The notes under the pieces: model-generated | Databases searched by the model: none | Told to the model about the DNA's origin: nothing | Seen by the model: the letters and a program-made list of their open reading frames with translations, nothing else | Part shown: positions 10,009 through 18,893 of the stretch, piece after piece | Numbering within the stretch: position 1 is the stretch's first letter | Layout: each line of letters opens with the position of its first letter | Position numbers and translations under genes: made by a program | IMG/VR virus record: IMGVR_UViG_3300028886_000037 | Span: 64,001 to 128,000 of that record | Source: a virus | Taxonomy: Duplodnaviria > Caudoviricetes | Length of the DNA: 64,000 bases | Reading direction: 5' to 3' (one strand)

Positions 10009-10260
10009 ATGCAGTATATCGACAGTCTACGCAGCCTAGATGAGGGTCTATGGCAGAAGTTCACCCATCAGGATGATGACCAGCAGGGTTACCAAGAACC
10101 GGACCTTAAAGAGCTGATTACGAGCGTCCAAGAGACGGTCACAGACTACTTCCCGTTCGCAGAAGAGAAGCTAGTAAAGCGCTGGATCCGCGAGATGATC
10201 ACCGAGCTAGCTAAGCAGGATCGAAAAGCGGGCTCCTTCATGACTAACTTCCTTGACTAA
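10009..10260 (+). CDS. Small late protein, paralog of 9680-9997
   Basis: GGAGG RBS; similar to the upstream ORF. Confidence 0.65.
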   Translation: MQYIDSLRSLDEGLWQKFTHQDDDQQGYQEPDLKELITSVQETVTDYFPFAEEKLVKRWIREMITELAKQDRKAGSFMTNFLD

Positions 10261-10277
10261 CGAGATCGAACACTATG

Positions 10278-10305
10278 AAACCGTCGATAGTCTCGGCGGT
10301 TTTCT
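10278..10305 (+). terminator. Intrinsic terminator
   Basis: aaaccgtcga-tagtc-tcggcggttt followed by T-rich sequence. Confidence 0.55.
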
Positions 10306-10345
10306 TGTAAAATCAAAAAAAATCAAGAAAATCTCAATTTAGGGG

Positions 10346-10374
10346 TTTACAATACTCACGGAAATACCTATATT
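10346..10374 (+). promoter_or_regulatory. Early promoter (TTTACA-N17-TATATT)
   Basis: Repeated consensus; CAAGGACC leader. Confidence 0.75.
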
Positions 10375-10423
10375 GATAATACAAAAAAAGAAATAGAGCT
10401 AACTTCAACAAGGACCAACTAAT

Positions 10424-11536
10424 ATGCTCTCCAAAGTCTCTGTCGCCGAATTCATCGATCTCGCCATCTGCACTCCCGCCCGCAAGGCTATGCTCGCTGT
10501 GGGTGAATTTGGTATCGGTAAAACACAGGTCATCCGCCAGATCGGCGAGAAGCTCGGCCTGAAGGTCATCTGCTTCGACTGCACTCATCTCAACGACGTT
10601 GGCGACATTCTCGGTCTTCCGTCCATCGTCAATGGCAAGACCGTCTTCAACCCCACTTACTGGTATGAACCGGACACTCCGGTGCTGCTCTTCTTCGACG
10701 AAGTCTTCCGTGCTAACCCGGACGTTCGTAACGCTCTCATGAGCCTCTGCCTTGACCAGACTATCGCTGACAAGAAGCTCGCTCCGGGCTCTCGCGTCTT
10801 CGCTGCTGCTAACCCTCCGGGATTCCACGGCTACGAAGGTGAAATTCCCGACCCGGCTCAGCTGTCCCGCTACGCTGCTTACTGGCTCGAACCGACCTTC
10901 CAGGAATGGTACAAGCACGCTAAGGAATGCAAGATCCACCCGGCCATCCTCGAATACCTCAACAAGAACAAGTCCGATCTGGATCCGTTCAGCAACGCTA
11001 AGGCAATGAACGTTGAAGCCGACATGGATGGTCAGGACCTCACCGTCCTTCCGTCTCGCCGTTCTTGGTTCGACTACTCCGACTTCCTCTACAACGCTGA
11101 GAAGGTCAAGGGCGTCAAGAAGCTCACCCGTGAATTCGTCATCCTCGGCGGTTCTGGCTACATCGGTAGCACTATCGCCATCAAGTTCGCTCCGTTCTAC
11201 ATGAACGCTTCCTCTGCCGTTGGCGCAGAAGAGATCCTTCGCGACTGGTCTTCCGTCAAGCCGAAGGATGATGAGAAGTTCGACGTGGCTACCGCTACCA
11301 AGCTCGCTAACGACATCAAGATCTTCGTTCAGTCCTACAAGAAGGACATTCCGGCCAAGTGGAAGAAGAACTTCGGAAGCTTCATCCGCGAAGGCATGAG
11401 CAAGGAAGCTCAGGTCGCTATCATCAACAACCTCGTATACCAGGACATGATCAGCGGAGAAGACTGGGTCTTCCAGATCTCCGACGACTCTCTGCAGGCC
11501 TTCTACGAGGAAACGATCGCTTCCAAGGTCGCTTAG
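10424..11536 (+). CDS. MoxR-type AAA+ ATPase
   Basis: GEFGIGKT Walker A, LLFFDE Walker B, AAANP sensor, DPAQLSR arginine finger, SRRSW. Confidence 0.85.
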   Translation: MLSKVSVAEFIDLAICTPARKAMLAVGEFGIGKTQVIRQIGEKLGLKVICFDCTHLNDVGDILGLPSIVNGKTVFNPTYWYEPDTPVLLFFDEVFRANPDVRNALMSLCLDQTIADKKLAPGSRVFAAANPPGFHGYEGEIPDPAQLSRYAAYWLEPTFQEWYKHAKECKIHPAILEYLNKNKSDLDPFSNAKAMNVEADMDGQDLTVLPSRRSWFDYSDFLYNAEKVKGVKKLTREFVILGGSGYIGSTIAIKFAPFYMNASSAVGAEEILRDWSSVKPKDDEKFDVATATKLANDIKIFVQSYKKDIPAKWKKNFGSFIREGMSKEAQVAIINNLVYQDMISGEDWVFQISDDSLQAFYEETIASKVA

Positions 11537-11559
11537 CGCAAGCTTCGCTTAAGACTTTC

Positions 11560-11614
11560 GGTCCCGTCTCCTTCAATTCAACTGGTCCTTGTCTTTCGGA
11601 GACGGGACCTTTTT
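11560..11614 (+). terminator. Intrinsic terminator with a 12-bp stem and an unusually large 26-nt loop
   Basis: ggtcccgtctcc...ggagacgggacc followed by ttttt. Confidence 0.65.
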
Positions 11615-11639
11615 CTATAAATAAATCGAGAGGTACACT

Positions 11640-11876
11640 ATGAACGAGAAAGAAGCTATAAAGACTCTGAAGGACTCTGGACTCAAGGTCATCAAGGAAT
11701 ATGCAGACACTTACACGAACGACACTTATGATCAGCTCTTCGAAACAATCTACGATATGAGCGCCGAAGAGTGTGCCGATCTTTGCGAGACGATCCACAA
11801 GATCTGCTTCACTAGCGAGTACAAGCGTGCGATGACGTTCAAGCAGGATCTGATCCGCCTGCTCAAGGGTCTGTAA
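11640..11876 (+). CDS. Small late protein
   Basis: TATAAATA at 11616-11623 and a GAGG RBS. Confidence 0.6.
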   Translation: MNEKEAIKTLKDSGLKVIKEYADTYTNDTYDQLFETIYDMSAEECADLCETIHKICFTSEYKRAMTFKQDLIRLLKGL

Positions 11877-11899
11877 TAAATCAAGAGAAATCTTAAACA

Positions 11900-11935
11900 G
11901 AAAGAGAGGAAGACTTTCATCTTCCTCTCTTCATT
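11900..11935. terminator. Terminator between convergent genes
   Basis: agagaggaaga-ctttca-tcttcctctct inverted repeat. Confidence 0.6.
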
Positions 11936-11952
11936 TGTGCAGTCAAGATATT

Positions 11953-13968
11953 TTAGAGATCTTTCAGCTGTGTGGCGTAGTCGTACCAGTTGCGGGCGTC
12001 GAACTCCTTCTTGCGGTCCTTAGAGTAGGACTTAGTCGGAGTAAGGAAGCCGACGATTCTAGTGAATCGGTCATAGATTCCTTCGCCACAGACTGGGCAA
12101 GTGTCTCTGCCTACGAAGCCGTGGTGATTCTTGCAGACGTTGATCTTCGTGTTGAATGCGAAGTAGATCACGCCAGCGTTAGCGATCTTGTTCAGCATCT
12201 CCCATGCGACATCATTTGACGGGAACTTGCTCTCCACGTTGATGTGAGCGATTGCGCCACCTGAGCACATTGGGTCAAGGATAGCAGAGAGGTTGATCTT
12301 CTCTTGGATCGTGCACTTCTCCTTTAGCGGGATCCACTGGTTAGAGTAGATGAAGTCGTCGTTGCGGTCATAGAGAAGGTTGTCTTTCTGGCAGAGAATC
12401 ACTGCAGCGCGTTCAGCTGGCACTGACTCGATGTTGAAGCTGTAGTCCTGAGTGAAGTTGTCCTTCACTTCGTTGATCGTGTCGAAGATAGCCTGAGCGA
12501 GATCGATTCCTTCCTTGGTGTAAGACTTGTTGCCGAACTCGTCAGTCTCGATGAATCCGAACTCCTTGATCGTCTCGTAGAGACCGAGAATTCCGACTGT
12601 GCTGTACTGATGGTTGATGTCGATGCCTCCTTCGACGTAGTTCGGGAGTAGGCCTCTCTCGACGTTCTTTCTGATGATCTCGCGCTGGACGTCGAGCAGC
12701 TTGCAGCACAGCTCAGTTCTCTTCTTGAGAAGCTTGAGGAAGTTGTTGATGCTGTGGATCTTGTTGTCCTTCTTGATTCCAGACTCAATAGCGACTCTCA
12801 CTAGGTTCATTGTGTTGACCTTGATCGATCCGATAGAGAGCGAGGTTCCGCCGATGGAGTTCATGAACCCGTTGAGCTTTTCGTTGTTCTGTCCGATAAC
12901 GACTTTCTTTCCGTCTTTCTTCAACCCAGTAGTCGAGGATAGCAAACGACAGCAGTTGCTCAGTGTAGTGACGTCCTTTGAGACGAAGAAGTTCGAGTCG
13001 TTCCACTCAGTGTTGTGGTCAGAGCACCAGCGAGCGAACTCTTCATCGACGAACTTGCCGTCCTTGAACTGAAGGCTGTAAGTCAGGACGGGGAACGTGA
13101 ACATGTTCTCGCTTCTGATCTGAGATACGACTTCCATGAAGATCTTCTGGTGCTCGATGAACTCTTCGACGCAATCGATGAACAGCGTGCCGTCTGGGAA
13201 TTCTAGACCGCCGAACAGAGATTCGCAGTATTGACGGTCAAAGATCGAAACGTTCACGAAGGCTGTCTGGTCGATGCGCATAAAGGGCTGATTCAGGCGG
13301 TATATGAGCTTTTGGAAGCTCTGCCTTAGGTAACTGTCCGGGTCCTTGGTAAAGAAGCCCTGCTGCACGTCTTTGCGCCAAAAATAATAGGTCCAGACGA
13401 GAATGTTCGGGATGCCGACTGCGCCAGAGCTGCGATTGCTCATGAAGGATACGAACTCGATCACGTCGTCCAAGAATGTAGTGAGATGCTTGGGCGGGAT
13501 GTTGTTGTAGTTCTTGAGGAAGAACAGACCCTCTTTCGCTAGTCTAGTGAGATCGTAAGCGAAGCAGTAGCCCATGTAGGTCGAAGTGCAAGCGTCATGC
13601 AGATAGAATCCGCCGTTGTACTCCTGTTCGAGCCACTCACGAGCCGTCTTCAGCCCGTACTTCTGCTTGAGCTCTAGGAATAGCTTGTTGAATGCGAAGA
13701 TCTTGTCAAGCGGCTTGTCCTTCTCGTTGAGCAGAGCGCGAATGTCCTTCGTGGAAGCGTTCGCGTTAGCGTCGATAGTTACGTCTGCGGTGACAGCGTT
13801 CTTTGCAGTGAATGCATCAATGAAGTCACTGAAGTTCACGTTCTTCTCGGCGAATCCGTTGAGAATCTCAAAATCTTCTCCATACTTTTCCATGACTGCG
13901 GATAGAGCCTTGTTGAAGTCCTTGTTGACCTTCAGTGGGATGTTGAAAACAGAATTGTTGACTGCCAT
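11953..13968 (-). CDS. nrdD: Anaerobic (class III) ribonucleoside-triphosphate reductase
   Basis: YLHD, YCFAYDL, SNCCRL, ESVPAE, CxxH...CPVCG and the RIVGFL glycyl-radical motif. Confidence 0.92.
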   Translation of the reverse strand: MAVNNSVFNIPLKVNKDFNKALSAVMEKYGEDFEILNGFAEKNVNFSDFIDAFTAKNAVTADVTIDANANASTKDIRALLNEKDKPLDKIFAFNKLFLELKQKYGLKTAREWLEQEYNGGFYLHDACTSTYMGYCFAYDLTRLAKEGLFFLKNYNNIPPKHLTTFLDDVIEFVSFMSNRSSGAVGIPNILVWTYYFWRKDVQQGFFTKDPDSYLRQSFQKLIYRLNQPFMRIDQTAFVNVSIFDRQYCESLFGGLEFPDGTLFIDCVEEFIEHQKIFMEVVSQIRSENMFTFPVLTYSLQFKDGKFVDEEFARWCSDHNTEWNDSNFFVSKDVTTLSNCCRLLSSTTGLKKDGKKVVIGQNNEKLNGFMNSIGGTSLSIGSIKVNTMNLVRVAIESGIKKDNKIHSINNFLKLLKKRTELCCKLLDVQREIIRKNVERGLLPNYVEGGIDINHQYSTVGILGLYETIKEFGFIETDEFGNKSYTKEGIDLAQAIFDTINEVKDNFTQDYSFNIESVPAERAAVILCQKDNLLYDRNDDFIYSNQWIPLKEKCTIQEKINLSAILDPMCSGGAIAHINVESKFPSNDVAWEMLNKIANAGVIYFAFNTKINVCKNHHGFVGRDTCPVCGEGIYDRFTRIVGFLTPTKSYSKDRKKEFDARNWYDYATQLKDL

Positions 13969-14115
13969 ATTGTTTCCTTGGTTCAAAAATCTTTACTTTG
14001 CTACATAATGAAAGCAGCGCATAGACAGCGCTGCTGTGAATAAAGTTGACTATTTAAGGAGTTCCGTGTAGCATTGTCGATTATTTATACCGTTCGAAAG
14101 CTCCAAAACTCACCT

Positions 14116-14334
14116 TTATTCAGCGTTCTTTCGGATCCACTCGATTCCGTCTTTGAAGTCCATGACTCTTCCGTCGACTTCGAGAAGCGGAGCCATAGTG
14201 AAGCCTAGTGAAGTAGCGACTTCCAGCACCTTAGCGTTGTCGTCGATCTCTTCGAACTCGATGTTGGCTTCCTTCAGCTTACGTTCCATCACGTTGCACT
14301 TGGGGCAGTGTGTTGTGTACATCTTGACTGTCAT
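14116..14334 (-). CDS. Glutaredoxin/NrdH-like redoxin
   Basis: MYTTHCPKC, APLLEVDG; start at MTVKM after an AAGGAG RBS. Confidence 0.8.
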   Translation of the reverse strand: MTVKMYTTHCPKCNVMERKLKEANIEFEEIDDNAKVLEVATSLGFTMAPLLEVDGRVMDFKDGIEWIRKNAE

Positions 14335-14359
14335 GACTGTACTCCTTAGTGAAACTTCG

Positions 14360-14827
14360 TTAGTTGCTGAGTGTCGCGAGGAACATCTGCTTCTTGTACT
14401 TCGGACCCTTCGGCATCTTGCCCGGCTTCTCTGGTTCATCGTCTTCGACGCGAGCGTGGAAGTACGGGATGACCATCTTGGAAACCTGTTCCGGATCCAT
14501 GTCGGTCTCGAAAGTGATCTTGTAGACGGACTTCTGCTTCTTGAGGTTGCGCTTCACAGCTACTTCGGTGACCTTGCACTCGATCTTAGCTTCGCCGAAC
14601 TCGAGATCGATCTCGTCGTGCATGTCGAGCGTGTAGTTCTTCCAGCTGTCGGAGTCTGCGATCTTTTCGAGATCGGCTCTGTCAGTGTTGTTCTTGAAGT
14701 AGCGGAGAAGCTGGATCGGACCCTCTTCGTTAGTCTTGATGACGATCTGAGAGTAGACGATCAGATCTTCCTTCTTGGTGAAAGCCTTGTAGCCTTCGAG
14801 TGTAGCGTTGTCGATAGTTACGTTCAT
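14360..14827 (-). CDS. Hypothetical protein
   Basis: GAGG RBS, codon usage like the core genes. Confidence 0.6.
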   Translation of the reverse strand: MNVTIDNATLEGYKAFTKKEDLIVYSQIVIKTNEEGPIQLLRYFKNNTDRADLEKIADSDSWKNYTLDMHDEIDLEFGEAKIECKVTEVAVKRNLKKQKSVYKITFETDMDPEQVSKMVIPYFHARVEDDEPEKPGKMPKGPKYKKQMFLATLSN

Positions 14828-14912
14828 GAGTTACCTCTTTAGTATTCCAGTTAAATTTACAAAAATGCTGCTGGAACAAAATTCCAGCAGCTCGTTGGTG
14901 CACAATCAAAGG

Positions 14913-15317
14913 TTATGCGTAGAAAATCTCACGGTCGAACAGTGACTGCGCTGTCTCTTTCGGGCTCAATTCTGGGCCGAGAGACTGAGCTATCAGCTGA
15001 ACGAAGATTTCCTTGACCGTCTTGTATACGCAGAGTTCCTCTTCAGTGAGTCTGTCGAATCCAGATCCAGTGAAGCCCTTTGTAGCGTATAGCTGTGCGA
15101 TCTCGTTGCGGAGGTTCGTGATGTTGATGTAGTGCTTGTTGTTGAACAGATACACGGCATTGTCGGATAGACGCTTAGCTATCCAGCGATTCTCTGACTT
15201 CTGAGCCAGATCGTTCACTTCTGCGCTGATGTCGCTGCTCGTTGAAGCCGTCAACGAGACAGAGGTCTCTTCGACAGATTCCTTGAGCGCTTTGACGTAA
15301 TCACAGAACTTCATCAC
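14913..15317 (-). CDS. Hypothetical protein
   Basis: Coupled to the upstream gene; followed by a hairpin at about 14866-14892. Confidence 0.6.
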   Translation of the reverse strand: MMKFCDYVKALKESVEETSVSLTASTSSDISAEVNDLAQKSENRWIAKRLSDNAVYLFNNKHYINITNLRNEIAQLYATKGFTGSGFDRLTEEELCVYKTVKEIFVQLIAQSLGPELSPKETAQSLFDREIFYA

Positions 15318-15805
15318 TGAATTTCCTTCAAATATACCCTGAGATCTTCCAATGTCTTCTTGACGTCATTACGATGGAACAGCACAGCGTGACCCTTGTT
15401 GGCCTCGAACTCTTCACAGTTCTTCTGGTAGTCGTCGATGAGAAGCGTGTCTGGATCTGCAAAGTCCTTCTTGTCACATCTTCTCGCTACTAGAACGATC
15501 TCCATCGGATTCGTGCCCAAGTTCTTCTGGATCCACTCTCGCTTGCCAGCCTTAGCGGCTTCGTTGATGGCGTGAGACAGAACGTAGAGCGTCAGATCCT
15601 TCTTTCTCGCGAAAGCGTAGAGACGAGAGTATAGCCATAGACCCTCAGTCAGGACTGGAAGATTAGCCCAGAACTGTTCATCGGCTTCGACTAGCTTCTG
15701 CTCGTCCATCTCGCCAGTCTCCGGATTGAAGATTCCAGCGTTGTATGCACCCTTGAGGAAGTCGACGACTACGCCGTCCATGTCGATTGCAATTTTCCTA
15801 ATCAT
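15314..15805 (-). CDS. HAD-family 5'(3')-deoxyribonucleotidase-like protein
   Basis: IAIDMDGV, GKREWI and LLIDD motifs. Confidence 0.8.
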   Translation of the reverse strand: MIRKIAIDMDGVVVDFLKGAYNAGIFNPETGEMDEQKLVEADEQFWANLPVLTEGLWLYSRLYAFARKKDLTLYVLSHAINEAAKAGKREWIQKNLGTNPMEIVLVARRCDKKDFADPDTLLIDDYQKNCEEFEANKGHAVLFHRNDVKKTLEDLRVYLKEIQ

Positions 15806-15808
15806 AGT

Positions 15809-16258
15809 TTATTTATTCAAGATGCTCTTCCAGCGGTTCATGACGAACTCTTGCATTCCTGGCTTTCTGTCGATTCTCTGTCTTCCGTCACCGTAGATGT
15901 AGTAGATCAGATCCGTGTTGTCGATTCGCAGCGGATAGTAGATGCGCTTTCTGTTGTACTCGCGTAAGCAAGCTTTAGCGCCAGGAAGGATCGAATTCAA
16001 CTCCATCTCTGAGAACAGAACTCTGCTGTTAGAGTCTAGCAGTCTCTTTCTCTTGTGCATTCCAGCGACCAGAGTTTCTCTGAGCTGCTCTGGAAGCTTG
16101 TGGAAGTTGAGACCGATGATATTGTTGTCACGGCCAGGAGCTGGTCCTACGCAGTAGATCACTGGCGTCTCGTCGACATCTAGCGAGCCGTCTTTCGCCT
16201 TGTAGATGAAAGTGTAGAAGTACCCGTTGAGAATGTCGTTAGCTTGCGTGAGAGCCAT
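15809..16258 (-). CDS. gp2: DNA end-protector protein, T4 gp2-like
   Basis: YTFIYKAK...DETPVI...IGLNFHKLP..LR resembles gp2 GLNLHY.P..R. Confidence 0.6.
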   Translation of the reverse strand: MALTQANDILNGYFYTFIYKAKDGSLDVDETPVIYCVGPAPGRDNNIIGLNFHKLPEQLRETLVAGMHKRKRLLDSNSRVLFSEMELNSILPGAKACLREYNRKRIYYPLRIDNTDLIYYIYGDGRQRIDRKPGMQEFVMNRWKSILNK

Positions 16259-16887
16259 TATCCTAGCCTCTGCGATAGAACTTCTTGGATCCAGATCTCG
16301 AGATCATAAGTATGGTTGTGCTTGATGATCTCTTCGAAAGACATGTACCAAGTGTCTACGTTGTTGTACTTGCCAGGCTTGCAGATCTCTAGCATCTTCT
16401 CTTCCGAAGCGCCTTTGATGAATCCCTGAACATCGAAGAGACTGACGATGTATGTTCCGCGATTGCCAAGCGTCAAGTACCAGAAGTCGAACGGAGATAC
16501 GCCCTTTCCGATGAAGTTGCACAGATGAGCGATAGCGTCTTTCTTGGCGCTCTCGCCAGTTCTACGGAATGTGACGGACGCATAGTCCCAGCGCTTCGAG
16601 TACTTCACGTCCACGTACACGCAGTAGTCGCGGACTGGACGACCGTGAACATCTCTTGACGCGATGCGGATGTCGCCGAGCTGTGCGTTCTTCTTTGGCG
16701 TCTCGATCCACGTGAGCACGTTCGGAAGCTTCTTGACGCTATCGAGAGAGTCGGAGTTAGAACAGACTGAGTGGATCAGCACCCAGTCACGCTCTTCTCT
16801 ATCGAATCTCTTTGCGAGGTACTCGAGGATATGGTCTTCGGCTTGTAGGCCAGCTTGGCTGTCAGGATTGATGCTCAGATCGCTCAT
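16258..16887 (-). CDS. Putative PD-(D/E)XK nuclease-fold protein
   Basis: GLQAE...GDIRI...YVDVK spacing. Confidence 0.45.
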   Translation of the reverse strand: MSDLSINPDSQAGLQAEDHILEYLAKRFDREERDWVLIHSVCSNSDSLDSVKKLPNVLTWIETPKKNAQLGDIRIASRDVHGRPVRDYCVYVDVKYSKRWDYASVTFRRTGESAKKDAIAHLCNFIGKGVSPFDFWYLTLGNRGTYIVSLFDVQGFIKGASEEKMLEICKPGKYNNVDTWYMSFEEIIKHNHTYDLEIWIQEVLSQRLG

Positions 16888-17428
16888 CTTCTTCTACCTC
16901 GATTTCGACATCTATCTCTTTACCGTTCTCGTCGTAGATGCCCTTTTCTTTCTTTTTCTTCTTTTTCTTGACTTTAGCGTTCGGATCGATGGGCAGAGAC
17001 TTGCCCCATGCGTGAGTCCACATCTCGCTGTAAGCTTCGTTAGACCACGTGTTGACGAGCTCAGTAGAGTTACCGTCACTGTCTGCGGATGCTGTGTTCA
17101 TCGTAGCGAACTCGTTCGACTCGTGCTTGTACTTGTTGTTCCACAGAACTAGCTTGCTGAAGTAAGCAGACTGTAGCAAGAATGCGAGAGCCGAGTTCTC
17201 TTTTCCTTCGGGAGTGAACTCCTCGAAGTTCTGAAGATAGTGATCAATGATGTAGATCACCATGTCCTGAATGAAGTCGTAGTAGGCTTTGTCATTCTTT
17301 GACTTCTTGATCTGGTATGCGCAAATTTCGCGAAGGTCATCCCAGAACTGGGCGTGTTCCTTCTCAGAGATAGTCCCAGCGTTGTAGTCTAGGATTCTCT
17401 TCTTAAGCTCTTTGTTGTTGATCTTCAT
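16862..17428 (-). CDS. gp55: Late-transcription sigma factor, T4 gp55-like
   Basis: INNKEL...DFIQD...NF...NSALAFLLQSAY parallels gp55; TATAAATA promoters are present in the window. Confidence 0.65.
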   Translation of the reverse strand: MKINNKELKKRILDYNAGTISEKEHAQFWDDLREICAYQIKKSKNDKAYYDFIQDMVIYIIDHYLQNFEEFTPEGKENSALAFLLQSAYFSKLVLWNNKYKHESNEFATMNTASADSDGNSTELVNTWSNEAYSEMWTHAWGKSLPIDPNAKVKKKKKKKEKGIYDENGKEIDVEIEVEEDERSEHQS

Positions 17429-17452
17429 ATCGTGGAGTCTCCATATCTCTAT

Positions 17453-17674
17453 TTATCTCTCTCGATAGATGATCCGTCCGCGAGTCAAGTCGTATGGACA
17501 GAGCTCGATCTGTACCCGGTCGTCTGGGTTAGTTCTGATGAAAGCTTTGCCGTGCATCTTGCCAGCGAGGGTACAGATGCACTCTTGGCCGTTCTCGAGG
17601 GCGCACTTGAATCTGATTCCGCCGAGCGCTTCGAGAACGATGCCGTTCAGGATGATTCCCTTTTCCTTAGCCAT
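17453..17674 (-). CDS. infA: Translation initiation factor IF-1
   Basis: MAKE..I...G.VLEAL...F...LENG......AGKM....IR....DRV.IEL.PYDLTRGRIIYR. Confidence 0.92.
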   Translation of the reverse strand: MAKEKGIILNGIVLEALGGIRFKCALENGQECICTLAGKMHGKAFIRTNPDDRVQIELCPYDLTRGRIIYRER

Positions 17675-18837
17675 TAGATAGTCTCCAGAAGGGAAGTGTT
17701 CCTGTCGATGACCGATAGTAAGCGGTTCATCGAGTCAGTGGACTCAAGGATCAAGCCAGACTTGTTGAGATTCTCGTACTGCCATTCGATGAGCTCGTTG
17801 TAGTTCTCTTTCTTGCACATGTTCCAGAACTTCTCGTCTAGCTCTTCGACAGTAGCTGAGTTCTTGATCTTGCAGTCAGGGAAGATCTCTTCGTATGGAG
17901 AGTCTGACGAGGTGTCGAACACAGATCCAAAGAATCCCATTCCAGCGATAGAGGACTCGTAGAATCGTAGAGCGGACTTGCTCATGTTGAACTCGTTCTC
18001 GGCGAGCGGAGCGATCTGGAAGTCAGCCTTAGTGCTCCAGCAGCGGCGTGGATAGTTGTAAGAGTTAGTCCACGGAATGAACTGGATCTTCGGTGCGATG
18101 GGCTGGAAGAACCACGGGAAGTCTCCCATGATCTTGAAGTCGATCTTGTCTTCTCTGACGTTCTTGATGACCCAGTTACGGAATGCGCAGTTCCAGTCGC
18201 CGAAGTCGCCAGGATCCTTGTTGTCTTTCGGGTTTCTGTAGTGACCAGAAGCGCCAGAATAGAGCACGACCGGACGCTTGATGTCTTCTGTGATCGGCTT
18301 TTTCTTGTCGCATGACCAGAGGAATCTCGGCACTGTGTTCTTCACGGTCACTACGTTGTCGAAGTTGTACTTCTGGATGACAGCCTTCTTGAGGTAGTCG
18401 GTAGAGCACATGACTACGTCGAACAGCGGAATGATCTGGTGGAGAGCATCTTCGATCTCTTCGTCGAGATTAGCTTCTTTTCTCCTGACGTAGCTCATGT
18501 TGTATGGAGGTAGACATTCGCCACGGATCGGAGAGGTGAAGAACAGGTCGTCGACTTCGTAGATCATCTTGAAGCCGAACTTTCTCTGGAATCCCTTGTA
18601 CTTCTGGATGATTGACAAGTGCTGATATGTCGCTGGCTTCTGCCAGATGATTGCGCGTGTCTTGGCCAGAATGATCGGGTCTAGCGTAAAGACGGGCAGA
18701 ATGACTGCTTTGATTCCGAAGTCGTTAGCGTTGATGTAGTCTGCAAAGAAACGGCATCTGACGTGACTGCACCCAGAATTGTCTGCTAGATAGAAAAGAA
18801 CGAGATTTTTGTCGTTTTCACTATTGATTTTGAGCAT
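17674..18837 (-). CDS. Glycosyltransferase (GT-B/GT4-like)
   Basis: SGCSHVR, YEVDDL, STDYLK and IAPLAENEFNMSKSALRFYE, typical of phage GT4-like proteins. Confidence 0.75.
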   Translation of the reverse strand: MLKINSENDKNLVLFYLADNSGCSHVRCRFFADYINANDFGIKAVILPVFTLDPIILAKTRAIIWQKPATYQHLSIIQKYKGFQRKFGFKMIYEVDDLFFTSPIRGECLPPYNMSYVRRKEANLDEEIEDALHQIIPLFDVVMCSTDYLKKAVIQKYNFDNVVTVKNTVPRFLWSCDKKKPITEDIKRPVVLYSGASGHYRNPKDNKDPGDFGDWNCAFRNWVIKNVREDKIDFKIMGDFPWFFQPIAPKIQFIPWTNSYNYPRRCWSTKADFQIAPLAENEFNMSKSALRFYESSIAGMGFFGSVFDTSSDSPYEEIFPDCKIKNSATVEELDEKFWNMCKKENYNELIEWQYENLNKSGLILESTDSMNRLLSVIDRNTSLLETI

Positions 18838-18893
18838 CTTTAGTTAATTTTCCTTACTTTTATTCAGTTGAAATATAAGCAATTTATAGTGAT

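Noticed and set aside
11953-13968. Intein or intron in nrdD, helicase or topoisomerase genes
   Set aside because: Lengths and motif spacing are normal, with no Hint motifs.
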